Shown here piece by piece: positions 25,401 through 37,024 of a stretch of DNA of 64,000 bases. Below the pieces are notes generated by a model that was not told where the DNA came from, ran no database searches, and was given only the letters and a program-made list of their open reading frames with translations. Source of the stretch: Iphione sp. A-MEVVRFRX5. Lineage: Eukaryota. Within the stretch, counting starts at the first letter, position 1, and every line of letters begins with the position of its first letter. The position numbers and the translations under genes were made by a program. The stretch spans positions 92,442,001-92,506,000 of the forward strand of contig OZ320316.1 in the NCBI GenBank assembly GCA_976226885.1. Direction: 5' to 3'.

Positions 25401-25605
25401 GGCACGACACGGATATGAGTGATGCATTAACCAGCGTTGTCAGTCTGATTGACGTCATCGATGATGACACGCAGCGTCTGTTGCGTGACTACCAAGCCGC
25501 CAGGGGTCGCGCCGAACATGAGATCCAGCGGGCCAAGGAGACGCTGGAGAAGCGGAGGCAGTCGCCGCGAGGGGGCGGATATAGCCCACGATCGGCGATT
25601 AGCAG
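4467..25605 (+). CDS. STARD9: Giant 21,139-nt internal coding exon of a STARD9/KIF16A-like gene; mostly acidic, Ser/Thr/Glu-rich and disordered, with C-terminal coiled coils
   Basis: Stop-free frame. Acceptor tctctcctgccacctcag| at 4466; donor AGCAG|GTGAGT at 25605; phase fits the next exon. Collinear blocks LQVELAEAQLNYIIGQTDTLL, AQIEAFQLERER, QRKEHL and TQRLLRDYQAARGRAEHEIQRAKETL resemble human STARD9 LELAEAKLHHGFGEADALL, KAIETLRRER, RRREYL and IELMLQDYQQAHEEAKVEIARARDQL (recalled, not searched). The ORF is near-certain; the symbol is about 0.6. Confidence 0.75.
8100..10100 (+). repeat. Degenerate in-frame tandem repeat of 300-303 nt (100-101 aa), about 6-7 copies
   Basis: (E/K)YPS-like anchors near 8213, 8513, 8816, 9119, 9416, 9698 and 9996; shared S(V/E)TVT..EYPS...ITSTPTE...VGSV pattern; sequence lines 8161 and 8461 align directly. 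Confidence 0.85.
22235..22315 (+). repeat. Three IETQT motifs at exact 33-nt spacing
   Basis: IETQT at 22235, 22268 and 22301, plus STQT at 22385. Confidence 0.9.
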
Positions 25606-25915
25606 GTGAGTGGGGTTTTCTACATCCTTTATATTTCCCAATTATTTTCAAATTGTACCGTCTTGTTCTTACCTCTCTTTTCCTTTTCTCCGTCTGTCTA
25701 GTTCTGTCTCCTTTTAGCCTGTCGCGCCTCCTTCTGTTTCTGCTATCTTTTTACTGCGCTGCACTAATTATTTAAAAAATCTCTTCGTAGCAAGTCATTA
25801 AAGTTTTAACTTACTCCATTGTTTTTTTTCTCGCTTAGAGTTTGTTAATAAACTTTGTTGTTACGGCATATTATGGAATCTTGTTTTTTTCATCTTGTTT
25901 GTTTTCCTCCTGTAG

Positions 25916-26003
25916 TTCCGGGCCATCTAACTTGGAGTTGCTGAAACACGAATACGGCTTGTCAGGCGAGATGAGCATGCGCAATCGTGAGCAGCTGGAG
26001 AAG
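25916..26003 (+). CDS. STARD9: STARD9-like exon (SGPSNLELLKHEYGLSGEMSMRNREQLEK)
   Basis: gttttcctcctgtag acceptor; AAG|GTCAGT donor; phase 2 to 0 continues the giant exon. Confidence 0.8.
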
Positions 26004-26129
26004 GTCAGTTTACATCAGGCATTTAAATAAGTCATGAATATTAACAAACATAAGCAGACATTTTATTCTGCAGTTAGAGTGACTTGCCAGCAATATCATA
26101 GTTATCGAGAAACCAGTATAAAGTAGCAT

Positions 26130-26177
26130 ATAAAATAGAGTACTTAGGAAAGGATAAAATAGAGTATTTAGGAAAGG
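26130..26177. repeat. 24-nt tandem duplication
   Basis: ataaaatagagta(c/t)ttaggaaagg x2. Confidence 0.9.
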
Positions 26178-26816
26178 CTTGTTTTAGTTGCATGGTAACG
26201 TTTGAATGTTAATCTAACACTACGGCATACGTCTTGTACATGTGTAAATATTGAAAAAAAAACAATACTCGGTTGGACCCTCGGTTCTGTCTTAAATGTC
26301 TCAAAAATGCATTTTCCGTGCATGTGAGTGTGTATATATTTTCATTTTTGGTCTTCCCGGTTCCGATAACTAGGGGTATGTTTCAGCGATTCGCATATAG
26401 CACGTGTTTTTTATAATGATCCTGAGGATGACACCACCAGAGGTATTCAGTGCACTTCAAAATTTTACTTTGTTGACCACGAAAGGTATATATGAAACCA
26501 TCTTGCCTGTGCTGTTACACAAATGGTCAAGGATTTGATCCAAAGTTTATCAGCTTATGCAGCAGTTATCATTGAGCCTACGGCAAAAATACACTCCAGC
26601 TCAAGACATATCCTTCCTATTTCCTTTGTGAATCGTACAAATTATCTGCCCAAATATAATAAAGGAGCTGATGTGGACTTCCAGAAAACCTTCATAAAAC
26701 CCACCGTGCTAGGGTTACAGTTGAGAATGAGGGTTCATGTACATAAACCTTACGCCCTCCAGGGTAAAAAAAACAATGTTATTTTGAAATTTTGACAAAT
26801 TTCCTCCGTCGTGCAG

Positions 26817-26858
26817 TCCAAGCTGCCTTCTCTGGTGGAGGAGGAAGCCTCCGAGTCC
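26817..26858 (+). CDS. STARD9: STARD9-like small exon (SKLPSLVEEEASES)
   Basis: ttcctccgtcgtgcag acceptor; GTAAGT donor; phase 0-0. Confidence 0.65.
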
Positions 26859-27850
26859 GTAAGTTGCAGCAGAGAAAAACCTCTAGTGAGGGATAGCTAA
26901 CCCTCTCATCCTGTTCACCTTCCATCACTACTCTACAGCCGTCAGGCGGCAGTCTGTAGATGAGCACCAGTAACGTGAGGCTCTTTACACTCGGTCTACG
27001 CGCCAAGCAAAAGGCCCATTCACCTGTACTTCAGGAAGAATCATCGTCTTAGCAATGATTTTGCTTTCTCAAATTATCTCATTCTGATGATCTGTGGAAT
27101 AATTTCTATGTGGAAATGGATGGTCGTAGCTGTACCAAGACAATCAGTATTGTAAATATTAGATGATTTCGAAGTTTTTCAAATTCTGTGAATGGGCACT
27201 GTTTCGATGCTTTTGGACAGAGTAGACTCTAACTGTGATAGACAAGAGGAGACACATTATGTACATATAGGACTCTTATGTGAATCTAACCAATAGTCTC
27301 CACAAATGGTCTAATTTATGTGGGGGTTATCGTTAGTAATCAGTAGCTAAATGACGAATAACTTATTGTTGTAAATATAACCTCCACTACCACGATGTTC
27401 TCTCTTCCTCGGTGTAAATGTTTACAACATTCTGTGAATCACTCTGCAGATAACCAAAAACTGTCACTAGGATACGATATCTTTGGCGAAAGCACACCCC
27501 ACGCTGATATGTTCACTTGGAGAAACTAAGAGGACATGGGTGACCCATTGTCCTTTAGTTCTTAATCTCAAATTCTCAGGTCAAACTTAAATCAGTGGGA
27601 TTCCATATATCTTTCTCAACAGATTGCCTATCCTTTCCCGTAGGTAGGTAGTGGTTCATCATATCCTAAACATATATAATGAGTTTACCTTAGGCAATAC
27701 AAAAGAGCGATTGCAATTTGATTTCAAGTTATCTTTAGATGTTAGGTTTTTAGGACGCCCGACACGTTGTCCACAGATTTGCTCCTGTAGGGCCTGTTTT
27801 TCTCCACCCATTTTATAAATATCTGTGCATGTATATTACCCAACTCACAG

Positions 27851-27901
27851 GTGGAGAGTCAGGCTGACTACTCGATGGAGATGCCCCATAGCCTGACAGA
27901 G
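27851..27901 (+). CDS. STARD9: STARD9-like small exon (VESQADYSMEMPHSLTE)
   Basis: caactcacag acceptor; GAG|GTACAC donor; phase 0-0; GC-richer than flanks. Confidence 0.55.
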
Positions 27902-30567
27902 GTACACTACCAGTAAAGCGGCAGCAGCCTGATTGTAACCAGCACTCCCTCCCACTGGGTTGTTAAAAAGCACTATTCATTTAGCTAAGTTGATTCCCTG
28001 TAGTGTCTGACTGTCCCCTATAACTCCTCATTCTCCATATTGTATCTGCGTGTCTTGCCCTGTTGCCATGAGGAGGAGAGTACCTCTACAGTGATTGGAC
28101 CAACACTGGAAGACATTGGTAATCCCTGAGTGGATGTGGAGTACCTCCTCATCTCCCATTTTGGGTTGAGTATACACTGAGTGTGCTTAAAATTACAGTG
28201 ATGTTTAGACATTTGAAAGAAATAACATGAGAAAGAGGAGCAGAAATACTACGATATATATGTTGCTTATCTTGAACAGGACCGTTGAACCAAATTTGAA
28301 TATTTTGAGTTTGAAATAGGAAAACTTTTGTATCAAAATTTTATGTTCTAAAATGTTATCAAATTTCTTGATGGTTGCCATTCCTCTTCATGTTTTACCA
28401 GTTACCCTAAGTCAGCGAGTAGTCAAAAGTCTCAGGTTGTTACCAATGCTTACTCAGTGTCAGGTGCATTTCGTCTGGCTCTGCTTCCCTATATATTGTC
28501 TCTTCAACTGCAAGAGCCCTCATGTGCAAAGATGTAAAGTCAGGCACTCAAACAGTAGGCGTGCATTATTGGTGTTTTATTTCGGAGGTGGTCTTTGGTT
28601 AAGTTCTGTCCCTGTACTGTGAAAATATCTGGGTATATTATTAAGTCTGAGGTGTGGTTGTTTTGTATCATTGTTTTGCCTTGTCTATACAAAAGGACAC
28701 TTGTGTTAACACTTGTATGCCCAATGGATGCGTGTACCATCATGAACAGATGTACACTCACTGAATGTGTCAAGTGGCAGAACAGTATTTGATATTTATA
28801 TGTATATATTTTCATAGTGTGTATGTCTGTATGCATGGCTGTCCGTTGTTGTCTATACACAGAGCTAGAAGTTTTTCCAGTTGCATATACAACGCACAGG
28901 CCTGTCAGAAATTGGGATTTTGATTTACACATTCAGGAAACTAACAAGGATACAGAAATATGGCGTCTTTCATATCCAAAGCTGTATACTGCTTATGCCA
29001 GGCACACAGCAAATACTTTTTGTCGGGGTCAGGTTGAAGCCAGCTGAATAGGTACTTGACCCGTGTAAAACAGAATGGATATGAATATCAAATTAAGTTA
29101 GGAATGACATTTGGTAATATGATCTCAGAAGTTTCACTTTTGTCTGTGCCCTTAATGTTGTGCGCATATTTGCGCTGTGCCACGAGCGTCATACACAATC
29201 ACGAGAGGACGTGAAATGCTCTAGTACGATAGTGCTAGTGTGTCATTTTTCCTTTATCAGTTTGTTTTGACGTGATTTTTATGCTTTTTGGTCCGTTTTG
29301 TTACGCGTGTGTGCCATGCTAATCTTTCTCCCGCTGGTTCATATGAATTTTCTTTCCACACACACAGTACACAGGCCGAGCATAAGGGGCATGGCCTCCC
29401 CCTCTTAAAGGGAGGGGTGTCGAACACAAAACCCGGTACAACTGAGGTATGGTGCTCCATCCAGGAGCGGTCAAAAAACCAGTTCACATTTCTTCTTTTA
29501 CTTCTCAATTGGAGGGGCTGCAGGCTTCAGGCTTGGTGACCCTAGTTCTCAGGAGGTCTCAACTCCTCCCGGGAATCTGGGTTTGGTTTCAGGGAAGCAT
29601 GGGTGTGCGGGCAGCGCATCGGTTGCCATGGAAAACAGGAATATTCACGCGCTTACTTATGAGGTGTTTTCTTGCTATAAATAGTAACATGACGGTTTTC
29701 CCCTGAAAAAATACATGTGAAAATGCATAAATGTGTAGGGACGATGACGATTCTGAAACACTCAAATGAATAATCTGGGTAAAGATAAAAACAGCGTTAA
29801 CACATTCTTCATTGTACGTTAAAACTGCCCATAAAGGTTAAGGTGAATATACATATAAAGTATTTAACAGACCTTTTAAATATCGATCCTAGTTTAGACT
29901 AATATATATACAGGTATTTGAAACGATGTACCCTAACCCGGGGTTAGGTTTGCATTGCTCACTTAACCCAATGGTGACACAATAGTGGAGGTCAAGGAAT
30001 AGTTGCACCCACCTACTCCTAATAGAACCCTACATAACAAACATACGAATTACTAACAATTGAATGACCTCAGTAGAGATAACCCTGCAACTCCCCCCCC
30101 CCCCATTCACATGGTGTGTGGGCACAAGTGGACAACTTTGCATTAACAACCTTTACCTATATACCAAAATATATGCATGAAAATGTTTTGCTGTGGCATT
30201 TTTCCTTCAGCAGTAAAAGCAATTTGCTTTTTGAAATAGCTGAATATAATTCATGTAATTTAAAATGTCCATTGAATATTTTGCCATGATATCCCTTGTA
30301 AAGTAAACAGTGGTGTGATTTGTTAATAATTTATTGTTAATATGGTTTCTAACCGGTTTTACAGGGGGTTTGAATATTAAAGTTTGTAAAGGTGTGTTCT
30401 AAAATGTACCTTGTAATTTAAAAACCTTACCAGTGCTCCTTTCTAATTGATGTTTTTTTTTTGTAGAAACTCACTACCTCTTAATCATTATCATATATCA
30501 TCTTCTCCATGTGCGGTAGTTTACATTCGTACAGTATTTCGCTAATTCTATGTTACGTCTGATACAG

Positions 30568-30665
30568 GAGATTGATAGTGAGATTGAAGCCCTGAAGAGA
30601 AAATACGGCATGTTGTCCCGCAAGATGGGACAAGTGCCGGACAGTGTCGCTCAAGCCAGGAAAAG
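30568..30665 (+). CDS. STARD9: STARD9-like exon (EIDSEIEALKRKYGMLSRKMGQVPDSVAQARK)
   Basis: gatacag acceptor; AAG|GTACGT donor; phase 0 to 2; helical coding pattern. Confidence 0.75.
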
Positions 30666-31088
30666 GTACGTATGAATCAGTCAACCGACGGACCAAGTAT
30701 GTATACGTAGTGTTTAAATGCTTACTGCAGTCTTTATTGAATCCTTCCACATTATGCCAGTGCCTTTAGGATATCAATCATTTTTAAAGCAGATTACAAG
30801 TGTCCCAGCGATGAAGACTGTAAACTTCTATTACGGTATGGTTCCAACTGTTATGCGTGCAGTGTTTTCCACGTATACCACTTTTGATTAGTATTCATTG
30901 AATTTCCATTTGCTGCTTTGGGTAAAATCAACCTTGGGCGCATCTGCTTGGAATGGACTTGCAATACTGTCTGTTCACAGGCACAACTCTTCCTGTTATA
31001 TTAAGAGACTAAGATTTGGAGTCGGAAAAATTAACCTGGTATTCATCTCGCCGTTAAAGCATGGGACACATTTGCTTCGATTTTTTAG

Positions 31089-31944
31089 GGCGTCATCGGA
31101 TGAGACATCCAGGCCACCTCTTCCAAAGATGGATGGAACATCAACATCTACCACCACCGGTGATCAGAGTAAGACCGTTGTATCTGGCGGTGACCCAGTC
31201 AACATCACTGGTCAGTCACAGGACTCTCTGAGCAACTCTTCTCGTGGATACGAATCTAGCAGCTATGGGACTCCAGGCGATCAGCACGCTACTCCCTCCC
31301 TCCAGACTGGTGGCAGCAGTATTAGCCACCGGTTGCATTCCACTGACAGACTCTATCGTGCTTCTTCCAGCAGTAATATGTCAGGACCAGAACAAGGGCT
31401 TACGTCCCTTCACTCATCATCGTCTTCCTTCCCTTCATCTTCACCCTACCTGCGCTCACCTTCTGCGCTCGCTGCCTCCACCTACCTCAGAACCAGAGAA
31501 CCCTCTTCCAGTACGGGATACCTCCAGTCCAGTAGGGGGAGCTACAGAGGTTCTGGGAGTGATAGTAGGGGGCAGTCCAGTTGGTCACATTCCACTGGTC
31601 CAATGGCCGACTATGGTCGGCGGACGTTCCCGGGCAGATCATCCCTCTCAGGCGGGTACAGTTCATATCGCCCCCTACATCAGACAGACGTAACTAACAT
31701 CAGTACACCCCTCAGAGGGCCAGTAAGCAGCAGCCTCCTGGGTAGTCCGTCATCTTCACTGAGGTCATCCAGCTCCTACTTCCATTCAAGCTCAGCTTAT
31801 GGCTCTGCCCCGAGCAGTACCACCCTGGGCGGCTCAGCAATCGGCCAAAGCTTTGAATACAGTCGACCAATCAGTGCAGCTGAAGTGAGGAGAAAGCTGG
31901 AGCGCGAGCGACTAGCAAGGAGAGCGCATACGCAGCCAACGTAA
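31089..31944 (+). CDS. STARD9: Probable last coding exon, Ser/Gly-rich tail ending AEVRRKLERERLARRAHTQPT*
   Basis: ttttttag acceptor at 31088; phase 2 matches the previous exon; 285 codons open to TAA at 31942-31944. Confidence 0.75.
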
Positions 31945-34900
31945 GGCCTCCCAAAGGAAAAAGGCATGTGTGACAATCTATGCAATCTGCAGGAGTGAGT
32001 ATGTGTATTTATAGTTCTGCTATGTATACACATCAATTAGGATGAAGTGCCTGTGTGAAGCAGCCACTGCAAGGGCGCGTGACCTACAACTCACAGCGTT
32101 CGAAAGTGGTTGGCTCAGACCAGCTTTAAAACATGTAAGTGCTCAAATAGGTACCAGAAAGGATATAGGTTCTTGTCAGGAAAGCACCAGGTCGCATCAC
32201 CTTACGGTCCAGAACTAGGGATGTGGTCCTCAAAGATAGTTCTACCACCAGGAACACAGCTGAGGACTGAATACCTACCTTCACCAAACGATACAAGTGC
32301 CTGAGGTGATCGGCTTCATGCCTTCAGGGATCGGCTCACACCCAAGGTTCCCTCCTACAGATGATTTCTGTATCTATGTTGGTCATTGCTTGAATGTTAC
32401 AAAGCTGCTTGCCAGAAGTGCTAAAGCTGCAGGCGTTACTTTCTTTGTTAGGCATTGGGACCAGTCCTGGAGAATCCCCACCCCAAAGGTCTTTACATAT
32501 CATGGCGTCCATACGTTGATTGTGAAAATTATATATATATTAATATAAATATATATCTATATGCTCCATGGACCTAGCTGAATTCCTCAAGGACATTTTC
32601 TGTGTTTTGGTAGGAGCATACTTTTTTCATTTTATAAAATTATCGTTAGACATTTGTTACAGTTACCTTCGTTTAATGATGAGCTCTTTGGAAGTGAAAT
32701 ACAGAAAACACAAACAGCAAGGTTTCCAGTACCGGACCAGTATTTCTTTTGCTGTTGCATCTAATGTCTCTTTAAGCCTTAGAAATTGATCTATAGCAAC
32801 TTGCTACTATCAGCACTCAACTTGCACTTGAATTATATAAGACAGTCTTCGTGCTTAACTTAAATATATTTTATTTAATTGAAATCCACAGACTCAGACC
32901 TGTGGCTCCCAAGTTGTGATATGAGAAGACTGAATCTCCTCAGTTGTACCGGATGATCATATATATATAGACGTATATCTGCTTATACGTCTATAGCGAT
33001 GCCTATATATATATTCATGCCCCAAAGCAAATCAATCGCAGAGTAGTGGTAGTCTTAAGTATATTACTGCTTCATTATCAATATAGCGCTATGTGTATAT
33101 TACATTATCGTTTGCTATTCCCTCCAAAGCCTAAATTTAAGCATAATTTCACGATGGCGTGAATACAATAATGTCTGTTATTCACTTTACAGCATTAATG
33201 GGTCACGATTGGGACGATATTCTCGTGAATTCAATATTGATCGAGTTTAAGTAACACTGTTTATTAATGATTCCGAAGGGGCTTCCGTTAAATTGTACTT
33301 GGCTTTACGTAGGTGACGACAACTTCTTTCAACCAACAAAACATGCTTTTAAGGGGCAGGTGAATGCTTTATGTTGCTGCTATCAAAACATGTAGAGAGC
33401 TTTGTTAAGATTGTTAAAAGATTATTTCTTTCTCTTCTTGAATTGCTTGTATAGTTTCCCTGTGTTCCTTGAACCCTTTGTGAGTTCCCAGTCTGTTTTT
33501 TTACAACATGGTGTCATCTTGTAACTCTGCATAATGTCAAACACACCGAGTTTGGAATTTATATTACCAAATTGTGAGTGTTTAACACAACGTTGTGTAT
33601 TTACTCCTTACCTTTACATCGGGTTTGACGTATTTATGATACCTATTCTAAATTATATCCTCTGAAGATTCATGTCTGTGACCAAGTCAAGCTTTTAATA
33701 TTTCATTTCTTTTGTTACATGTTATCCTCTATTTAAAAAGGACAGAATTGTGTATTTAATTTTTCGCTTTTACATATTTTGGATCTCATGAAGTTAATTA
33801 TTCCATGAAGAGGATATCATTTTTTGTCGAAGAAAGTGCCCCCCCCAAAATCAATGTTTAAAGCCTCATGAAAATGGGTTATTTTTTTACGGAACTGCTG
33901 TGCACATTTGTAATGTATATATTTGGGAACCTTTTACTGTCTTGAGACATTACGATGACTGTAGGTGCGTCTCTGAACTAGACACCATTTTTATATTTAT
34001 ACAAGAAAACAAACTTCTGAGGACATTTCTCACAAATGTTTGTTGTGGCCAGAGCAGACTGGTTATATGCAGGGGAAAATAATAATAAAAAAATTCATTT
34101 TGCAGCTGCATAAATGCCATTTCTGTGTTGAGCCGTCTGTCTAAGTATGAACTGTTCAAGCAAAGCCTTCACTCACGGGATTACATGACGTTGCCATGAC
34201 ATACAAGACGGAACATTTTATACTTTGAAAACAGCCTACGGACTACCAAGACATCGACGACTGTTACGTTGTATGCACCAACATAAATACATGTTCCATA
34301 CAGAGCAGACAGCCATGTTCACAAATGTGGATGCCTTAAAAAACACCTCTGAGGAGTTACTACTTATACATTTTATACTGATGCTTTCACAGGGACATGC
34401 CAACAATACCTGCGTTAATTGACAGCCATGTGTGGCAGTCATGATAACCAGCCGTTAACCAAGTGTTTGACAGTACTGTCTATAATCCACTGACCAGACT
34501 GATCCTGCCTGTTGCCTATGTTAATTCTGTCCTTGTGTTTGTAGTTGTGTCCTTAACTATCCCTGTGCTTTGTCGATTAGATTTTAGTTCACTTCGTGTT
34601 TTTTTCTGCATGTGCTTCCTTGTAGTTTCTAGGTTCGCCTTGATATTGTAAACTCCGGCATTATTTCTGTTTTAGTTGATATTATTTGCATTATGCGTTG
34701 TGAAAAACGTGCTCGTCATGCTAGTAAACCAGCATGTTAAATGTTCTGATGATTGCTTCAAAGTGCACTCATTACAGACATACAATCAGTCACTATGTCA
34801 AACATGCCGCTTTACCACATGTACATGCACCGACACGGTATTTTCCTCAGCAATTCCCTGGCCTGTGAGGGTTAGTTTCGCTGATTCGAAGACTGAAGTA

Positions 34901-36052
34901 TATCATCCTTTAGCTCTTTAAGTTCTATACACAGATAAGTTTGGTGTGACGTTTGTGTGTTAAGGACATTTAAAGACCCTCCTTTTGTTTGATGGCATGG
35001 TAATTGCGGAGAATACCCCAATCAGATAAGAGATGTTCAAAGATATGTCTCCCCACAGTCAGGTAGACCTATGTCTTTGAGCTTGGGTTTGTCAAAGGGG
35101 ATATGTTAGCACCTGTCCTTTGAGACTCTTTAGATATAAATCCATTATTTCTAGATGATTTGTTGAAATTTGGTCAGATGTAAGTATAATGGAAAATTTT
35201 GTGATTAATAATTATCTTAATTCCATCACCACAGTTCCATAAGTGATTTTAGTGCATGATATCAAAGGATATTTTCGTATACGAATTACATTCCCCTGTA
35301 GCCCAAGCTCAGAAAGATCTGAACTTTGCAGCTCGCAAGGTTCTTTTTCGACTTTGCATGTGGGTATAGTGCTAGAACAGAGAAGTCTTCTGAATGACTT
35401 AGTGTGATGTTTCGATATGATAATACCCCGAATCATTTCGCTAGTGCCTCCCACTTGTTCAACATTAAGGCGTGGAAAGGTATCTATAGTCCGTGCATGT
35501 TTGAGCGGAGAGGATACATCATAGTGAGACCTAAAATGACCAGAGTAGGGAGACTCTCGACCAGTGGGAACTTCTCACTCATGTACGTCCACAACGCATG
35601 CGCAGTACATCCGTTTATATCATCGTAGTTAACAACACTATGCTTGACAAACTCTATAAGTACATGTATCCAGAAAGTATGTCATTTTGCTTTTATTTGG
35701 AACCTGTTACCGGTGTACTTGTGTATGATATGAGTATGGTATGTTGAGAATCAGCGCAGGAAGCTACACATCCAGCCATTTTATCTGTGATCTTTAGTCT
35801 AGAAATCCCCGCCGCCGATGTCCCAGTCGCTAATGTACCCTGAAAACCTTTTTTTTTCATTTACAGAGGGAATATAGCATTATTTACTCATATACAGTTG
35901 CTGTTGTCTTTGCGTGCTTTTTATTTTTTCTGTCTTTTCGCGTCCTCCCGTTATAACGCACTAATTCATTTATTATCTATTGAGCCAGACCGCATAACCT
36001 TGAGTGGCCAACTCGACCGAAACTCACCTATGTTTAAGTTCAGTTTTACAAC

Positions 36053-36058
36053 TTTATT
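36053..36058 (-). terminator. Candidate polyadenylation signal (AATAAA) for RyR
   Basis: tttatt on the plus strand where it switches from T-rich to A-rich; followed on the minus strand by a GU-rich tract. Other AATAAA hexamers exist nearer the stop codon. Confidence 0.35.
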
Positions 36059-36968
36059 CAAAGCAAGCTGATTCCAAAGTTATAACCATTAGAAACTCAC
36101 AGATATTTATCCTTAACTTGCAAGTAGTTTGCTGTATGATTAAAAAGTTAACTACCAACCAACCATAAACACTAAAATCCCCCCAAATTTACCCATTAAT
36201 GATTTACCAAGTCAAGTCAAAATTTTATATCTAAGTACGTGGACTATACAGAGTCTACAACCAAATTCAAGAGCGAGTCAATAAGAGCAATTAATAAACC
36301 AATACAGATGGTATGAACAGTGCCAAAATTGAATAGCGCTGGCAAATGAGCTGATTCACCCACATATGTAGACCACTTTCAAAAAGGGCTATATATTGAA
36401 GTGTTGTTTTTCCCGCACGTGAATACTTCCAGGTACATACATTAATGAAAAAGGAAAATGCTGTTTAGATCTAGCGACTGAAATATACAAGTGCGCCCTT
36501 TCGGCTAGTTTTCATCACTGCAGTGTTAGATGGTTACGTGGGCGGGTTCCAAAAATCCATTTGAATACTTGTTGCCATTCTTCAGCGCTACTCTAACATC
36601 CTGAGATGTTTTTAATGAGGGAGGTGCTAGATTACAGCCAAAGCTAAACTGTATTACAATGCATATAAGAGCATTAAGGTATTTCAAAAACTTTGGTTGT
36701 TCATCCCAGGTTTTCCAACTGGACATGGAGGCAAGCTGCTGATCTTATTCGTTCTTGCCAATCACTGTCAGTCCATTTCTCCCTTTCTTCAATAAAGATG
36801 TTTATACGTTCTGGACAGTGTATACAGTTTTATGACAAGCATTTTCTGGTGTAAAAGTTTATACTTGGACAACCCCCTCCCCTCGAGATCAGCAGTTCGC
36901 TACAGTATTGTCTCTGAATAGGGAAAACGAGGCTGTTTTCTGGCTGAATCGTTTCCAAGGCCTACTCG

Positions 36969-37023
<55 letters not shown>
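36969..37023. repeat. Compound microsatellite (TA)13(GA)14
   Basis: Directly visible. Confidence 0.95.

Positions 37024-37024
<1 letters not shown>

Noticed and set aside
4630-25651. Dozens of antisense and alternate-frame ORFs over the giant exon
   Set aside because: Ser/Val/Leu-rich shadows expected opposite an Asp/Glu/Thr-rich frame; no domain signal.
20520-26830. SRLP/SKLP as EB1-binding SxIP motifs
   Set aside because: Four-residue matches are expected by chance in over 7,000 disordered residues, and the flanks are acidic rather than basic.
29932-29948. Palindrome cctaaccc-g-gggttagg as a telomeric or transposon end
   Set aside because: Only 8-bp arms, no array, no TSD.
26187-34203. 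Imperfect X-box-like motifs near 26188, 29622 and 34190
   Set aside because: Each departs from consensus in spacing or half-site; chance matches are likely.
32097-34338. Candidate START-domain exons (VRKWLAQTSFKT 32097-32134; DDNFFQPTKHAFKGQ 33313-33359; DDCYVVCTNINTC near 34235-34338)
   Set aside because: Faint resemblance to the STARD9 START domain only; no phase-consistent chain covering the domain, and the last piece ends in a stop.
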